Shown in pieces: positions 59,501-64,000 of a stretch of DNA of 64,000 nt. The stretch is taken from assembly GCF_000315625.1 (NCBI RefSeq), contig NW_005434640.1, positions 194,270 to 258,269 on the forward strand. The letters run 5' to 3'. The notes beneath the pieces were generated by a model. That model was not told the DNA's origin. It did not search any database and saw nothing but the letters and a program-made list of their open reading frames with translations. Positions within the stretch are counted from its first letter, which is position 1, and each line of letters starts with the position of its first letter. The DNA comes from Guillardia theta CCMP2712. Lineage: Eukaryota; Protista; Cryptophyta. Both the position numbers and the translations under genes were made by a program.

Positions 59501-59956
59501 CCCTTCAAGTCTGAGATCCCAGGAGAGCGCATGCTGCGGCTGGACGCTGCCCAAGACGCTCGGTCCCCCGCGCTGCTCGCCATGCCTCGTCTGATCCCTT
59601 CGATTGTTCGGAAACGCAATCAGGTCCTTCAGCATCTGCTGCTTCACCCGATCCAAACGCGCGCTCCTCGCATGGAAGGATTCTGAGATCCTTACAGCGA
59701 GCTCGGAGCCTTCGAGCAGCATGAGACCTTGCCGAGGTCGCTCCTCCTTCTCTTCGAATACCTTCATTGCCTGTTCCCCCCTTCCTGCCTTTCCTCCCCT
59801 CGGTCGTACGCCTCCTCTTACTTGAGATTCTCCTCTTGCGCCTCTTCCCATCAAGAGAACTTCATATTCGTGCTCCTCCTTGCACTCCCTGCCCTCCCTC
59901 CCTGCCCTCCCTCCCCGCATCTTCGCTCTCTTCATCCTCAGCAGCTCCGCCGCCAT
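56600..59956 (-). CDS. Large hypothetical multi-exon protein (ends approximate)
   Basis: Chain of - strand ORFs (58976-59956, 58150-58608, 56855-58153) with GT-AG junctions. No family recognised. Confidence 0.5.
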
Positions 59957-60035
59957 TGCGGAACCCGACAATGTTTTACGACCCGTGATTCCCTCTCCGA
60001 TATTCGCTTCGGGAGGGGGTGGGGGTACTCCATCC

Positions 60036-61529
60036 ATGGACGTACTCCATCAATGGGCGCTACGAGTCATAGTCATGCTGTGCATCTGCGTGAATAGCCA
60101 GGGAATAGAGGTGAATGCAGAGGGAGGGTTCGGAAACCAGCGCTCCAGGGAACAACCCACACGAACACGAAGATCAAAAGGCGATGATGCAAGCACAAGC
60201 GGATCGTGTGCTTGGGCTGCTGTGCATGATCACAGCCGAACAAGCCAATGTATGCCTCTATATTCCTCTACAAGTGGATCGTGACCTTATATACCAGGAG
60301 GAGACTGAGGAAAGCCTTCATTCTGATNNNNNNNNNNNNNNNNNNNNNNNNNNNNNNNNNNNNNNNNNNNNNNNNNNNNNNNNNNNNNNNNNNNNNNNNN
60401 NNNNNNNNNNNNNNNNNNNNNNNNNNNCGAGTTTCTCCCCCCGTACGAATGTGTGGGGAAGTTCGACCGGCTGGGCGAGCAATCGGACGCGTGCAAGGCA
60501 AGTTTGCTGGAAATGATGGAGGAGAGGCAGAGGAGGACGCTATGCACAGACGTAGTTGCAGCAGGGTTCATGAACTACGGGCTCGGGAGCACTTTCAACT
60601 ACATGATCGTGCAGATGCACAGGGCTCTGAGAGACAGGAGGAGTATCGCCTTCGTGGGAGAGTGGGTGTACGCAGGTAGGGCATGAAGCTGCGCCGCTCG
60701 CTCCCTCGTGTGCCCTGAAGGTGCATGCTCAGGTTGTGAGCACAGAAATTTCTCCTGCGCGTTCGAGCCGGTCTCGCCCTGCGACCTTCGAGGAGCTCCC
60801 CTCGTCTACCCGAGGATGGCGCCCGACCCAACGCCATGGGACATCGAGAAGGGGTTCGCAGCATGCTTCCAAGGCAGGCAGAACCCTCTCTTCCATTTCG
60901 TCTCCACCCTCGCCGGCTTCCTCTTCAAGCCAAACCAGGAGATGCTGCTTGCTGCTGAGGCAGTGAGGAAGAAGATAGGACTGCCAGACGAGTACCTCGG
61001 GATCCACATCCGCCATGGCGACTTCTGTATCGCCCATACCGTCACCAGCGATCCCAAGGAATGCTTCGCCGTCTCCCACTACTCGCAGGAGCTGCAGAGG
61101 CTGTCTGACCGCTACAACATCACGCACGTGTACCTTGCGACTGACAACGCAGACGCCATTGACATGATCCGGTGGCAGTGCCCACAGCTCACGTTCTACT
61201 GGCAAGACGATGTGGACCGGGCGTTCCTGGAGCTCAAGGACCAGGACTTGGAGAGGAAGAGAATATTTCTAGAAGAGAGACTTTTCGACTCCGATGCTGA
61301 CAGAAGGCAGCGGCACCTGCGGGAAATCATGGTAGACCTCATCCTGCTCTCTTACGGTTTCGGGTTCGTCGGGCAGTTCTCCTCCAACATCTCAAAGATC
61401 CTCCTGGCCCTCGGGACTTTCCTGCGGGGAGGGAAGATGGTCCCATACATTTCCCTTGACATCCCCTGGTGTTGGAACGGGATGAAGCCGACGTCTATCC
61501 CAGGCTACCACTCGCTATGGCAGTGCTGA
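60036..61529 (+). CDS. Alpha-1,6-fucosyltransferase-like protein (GT23; FUT8/NodZ-type), spans a gap
   Basis: Hydrophobic N-terminus WALRVIVMLCICVNS. Motifs YGLGSTF, YLGIHIRHGD (motif I), VYLATDN (motif II) and DLILLSYGFGFVGQFSSNIS (motif III). Confidence 0.85.
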
Positions 61530-61914
61530 CGTGAGAACAGACGGGATGAGATTGTTTGGCATTGACTTTCGTCCATTGTGCTTCAGTGGACGGTCCTTGA
61601 AATGTGGTCGTCTGAGATGAAGTTTGATCTTCCAGGCTGAAATTTAATCGTCAAACTTGATTGTCAGGATTGAAGTCTGAGGGTTGGACGTTTCATCGTC
61701 TTCAAACTCGAGGTCTTGCAAGGTATACAGCCGCCGTAAGAGCCATGAGCAGTTGTAGGCGAGCTGCAATATTTCGCAACGGTTGCGGCAAGGTAAACAG
61801 AAAGGTTTTCATTTTGGATGACCAAACATCATCGTTGCCTACAACGACAATTCTTAAAGTCTCTTGAGAGCAAGGGAGATTGCGATGGTATCAGATTGAT
61901 TCTTGCTCGCTTCT

Positions 61915-64000
61915 AGATAAATGAACCATTGTCATTTGAGAACGATGACTCCTGAACAAGATGACGGATCGTCGAAGTCACTGGAGTTGAGTTGTAATAT
62001 GTTGCCATGGACGGCGAAGAAGTGACATATCCATTGTTCGAACTTGACTGCTTGCAAAGTCACCACCTCAAGTGGTGCACAGGTACGGTACCTGCAAGCT
62101 GGAGTACGCCATCTTCACGGGTGTGTTGTTGGAGGGAGGGACCTGGCAGTCAAAGATTGGAACAAGAACAGGAGGAACAGGAAACGAGTGACTTCACTAC
62201 CTCGAGCGGCCTTGAGGTCTTCGGGGCGGTATCGGGGAAGATGAATGCCTCCCTGCTGTAGTCCTCGAAATCCCTGAAGGGAACAGAACAATTCTGCAGC
62301 GCTCTAGCAAGTTCCTCCTGTCACCTTCCCGTCAGCTCAAGTCTCGAGCACAGTGTGGGGAGTAGGATGTGGAGCAAGTCAAGACTTGTGACCTGGGACT
62401 TGTGCAGCATCTCCCACTGCTTGTGAAGCTCTTCGTGTGATCTCTTGAAGTCATTGTCGCTCTGCATTCTCATCCTCTCCTTGTCCACGATCTTCCTCCC
62501 GTCCTCGTAGGCTCTTTCCAGCACATGCTGCAAGTCCCCGTTCTCCAAGGAGAGCATCCTCTCCTGCACTTTGGCCTCGTAGAGCTGCTTTTCTTTGTCT
62601 ATCATGGCTGACTTAAGACAAGACGATCACACGCTTCCAGCTCGCTCACCGATTCTTGCATCCTCCAGCTGCATCTTCAACACCTCCATGGCCTCAATCT
62701 TCTCGGGTTCCTTTGCAGTCTCTCTCTCCAACTCTTCGCTCATCTGCCTTTCTCTTTCCAGAGCTCTTGCTTTCTCTGCCTCTGCATCCTGGCACGCAGA
62801 CGTGTTGAGCGGCAAGAGGGCGATGATAAAAGTTGTTACCTTGAGTCGGTTCTGGGCACCTGAAAGGTCCACGTGGACCTTGTTCTTTTCCTCTTCGATC
62901 TTGTACAGATGGTCTCTGAGGACTGCAATTCTCTCTCGAAGAGCCTATACCAACAATTCAGCCTGCCATGCACAGGGTTGAAACTGAATCATCTGACCTC
63001 TGCCAGACTTTCTTCTGCCTGGAGTGCGGCCTCAAGGCTTTTGTTCTCCTGCAGAGATCAACCATTCAGAGAATGGCATTGCACGAAACCTGACTACTTC
63101 ACCTGTCCCATGCGCATAGCATTCTCTTCGAACTTCGACTGCTTGGTATCCAAATCCTCCTTGGTCCTTCTGTACTCCTTCAGATGAAGCATATCAGTAC
63201 AACTGAATCGCAGACACCGTTGCTTACATCTTTGGTGCTGTTCAATCGCTTTTGAAGCTCATTTTCAGACTTGCGGTATCTTTCCAAAAGTCATCGATAC
63301 CTTGAAGGTTTTCAATCGCGATATTTACCTGGCATTTTCCTCAGCTCTGCTTTCTTGCTCAAAACGCAGAGCGTTCTCCATTCTTTCTCTTTCATTCTCA
63401 AGCTTCTGCTTGAGATCGTCGATGATCTTCTCACGCTTTTTGATCTATCATTTCATAAGAATTTTCTCATCTCAGAGTCATCTTTTGTATTTATGCCACC
63501 TGCTCTTCTACTTCCATGATCTCAGCCTGAATGTTCTTGTTCTTATTTTCCTTCTCTGCCCTTGCCGAATCAATGTTCGATCTGGCTTCTTCAGCTTCTT
63601 GGAGCATTTGGTTCAGTCTGTTGTTGTCATCTTGAAGCTGAAGTTTGGCATGAAAATCAATAATTCAAGTCACATTAGAAAACGCAAGACCTTGTTCTTC
63701 TGCTGAAGATTTCTAGAAATTCTGGACTGAATCATCTGCGCAAAATTTGAGCCCGTCCAACAGCACGAGGGTGCAAAACCTCTCTCTTGCGAATGATCTC
63801 CTCGATTTCAGCCTGAGTGTCCCTGCAGGTCTTTTCATACCTGTATGTGAACAATCAGGACGAACAAGACCAACACAAGCTTGCTCTGTGAAAACAAACC
63901 TGCTCCTCTCTTCGTCAATTGCCATGAGCTCCCTTTCTCTTGCCTCCCTCTCTCTACGATCTCTCTCCACTCTGACCAGGAGCACGGAGTTCAGTACATC
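61915..64000 (-). CDS. Coiled-coil protein, multi-exon, 5'-partial
   Basis: E/K/R-rich heptad exons (ERDRREREARERELMAIDEERS, EAEKARALERERQMSEELE) separated by about 50-nt introns. Confidence 0.65.

Noticed and set aside
60025-60051. Head-to-head genes sharing overlapping ATGs in the palindrome tCCATGGa
   Set aside because: The - strand 'MDGVPPPPP' start is probably the G-rich promoter motif of the fucosyltransferase read backwards. The Met at 59956 is a more plausible start.

Overview
Eukaryotic nuclear DNA from a gene-dense, intron-rich protist draft assembly. It shows many GT-AG introns of about 45-60 nt, longer introns filled with (GAG)n/(CCT)n/(CTCTC)n microsatellites, and six N-gaps. 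The style resembles a cryptophyte such as Guillardia theta, which is an inference and not proven here. About 20 protein genes are supportable. They include the 3' part of a giant intronless repeat-domain surface protein, an RRM protein, a TBC-like + GYF_2 protein, PIG-T, DZIP1-like, WDR92/DNAAF10, RMDN-like, a soluble-type adenylyl cyclase, CCDC25, a receptor-like RING ligase, BBOF1, a double glycosyltransferase and a GT23 fucosyltransferase. The most notable object is a spliced Crypton-type tyrosine-recombinase gene (41630-44011). Its frame is intact, but the predicted catalytic Trp and Tyr positions read Gly and Asp, each one T>G change away. It has candidate TATGG termini and AT-rich subterminal DNA, and a decayed Ulp1/C48 protease fragment lies 5 kb downstream. 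Other observations are an IQ-motif-tailed soluble adenylyl cyclase, a strand-oriented GGGGT(A/G)GGG motif upstream of many gene starts, and GC-rich CCGG/GACTC islands bordering the lower-GC blocks. No rRNA, tRNA or CRISPR was seen. Exon boundaries were read by eye, and many gene ends are approximate.
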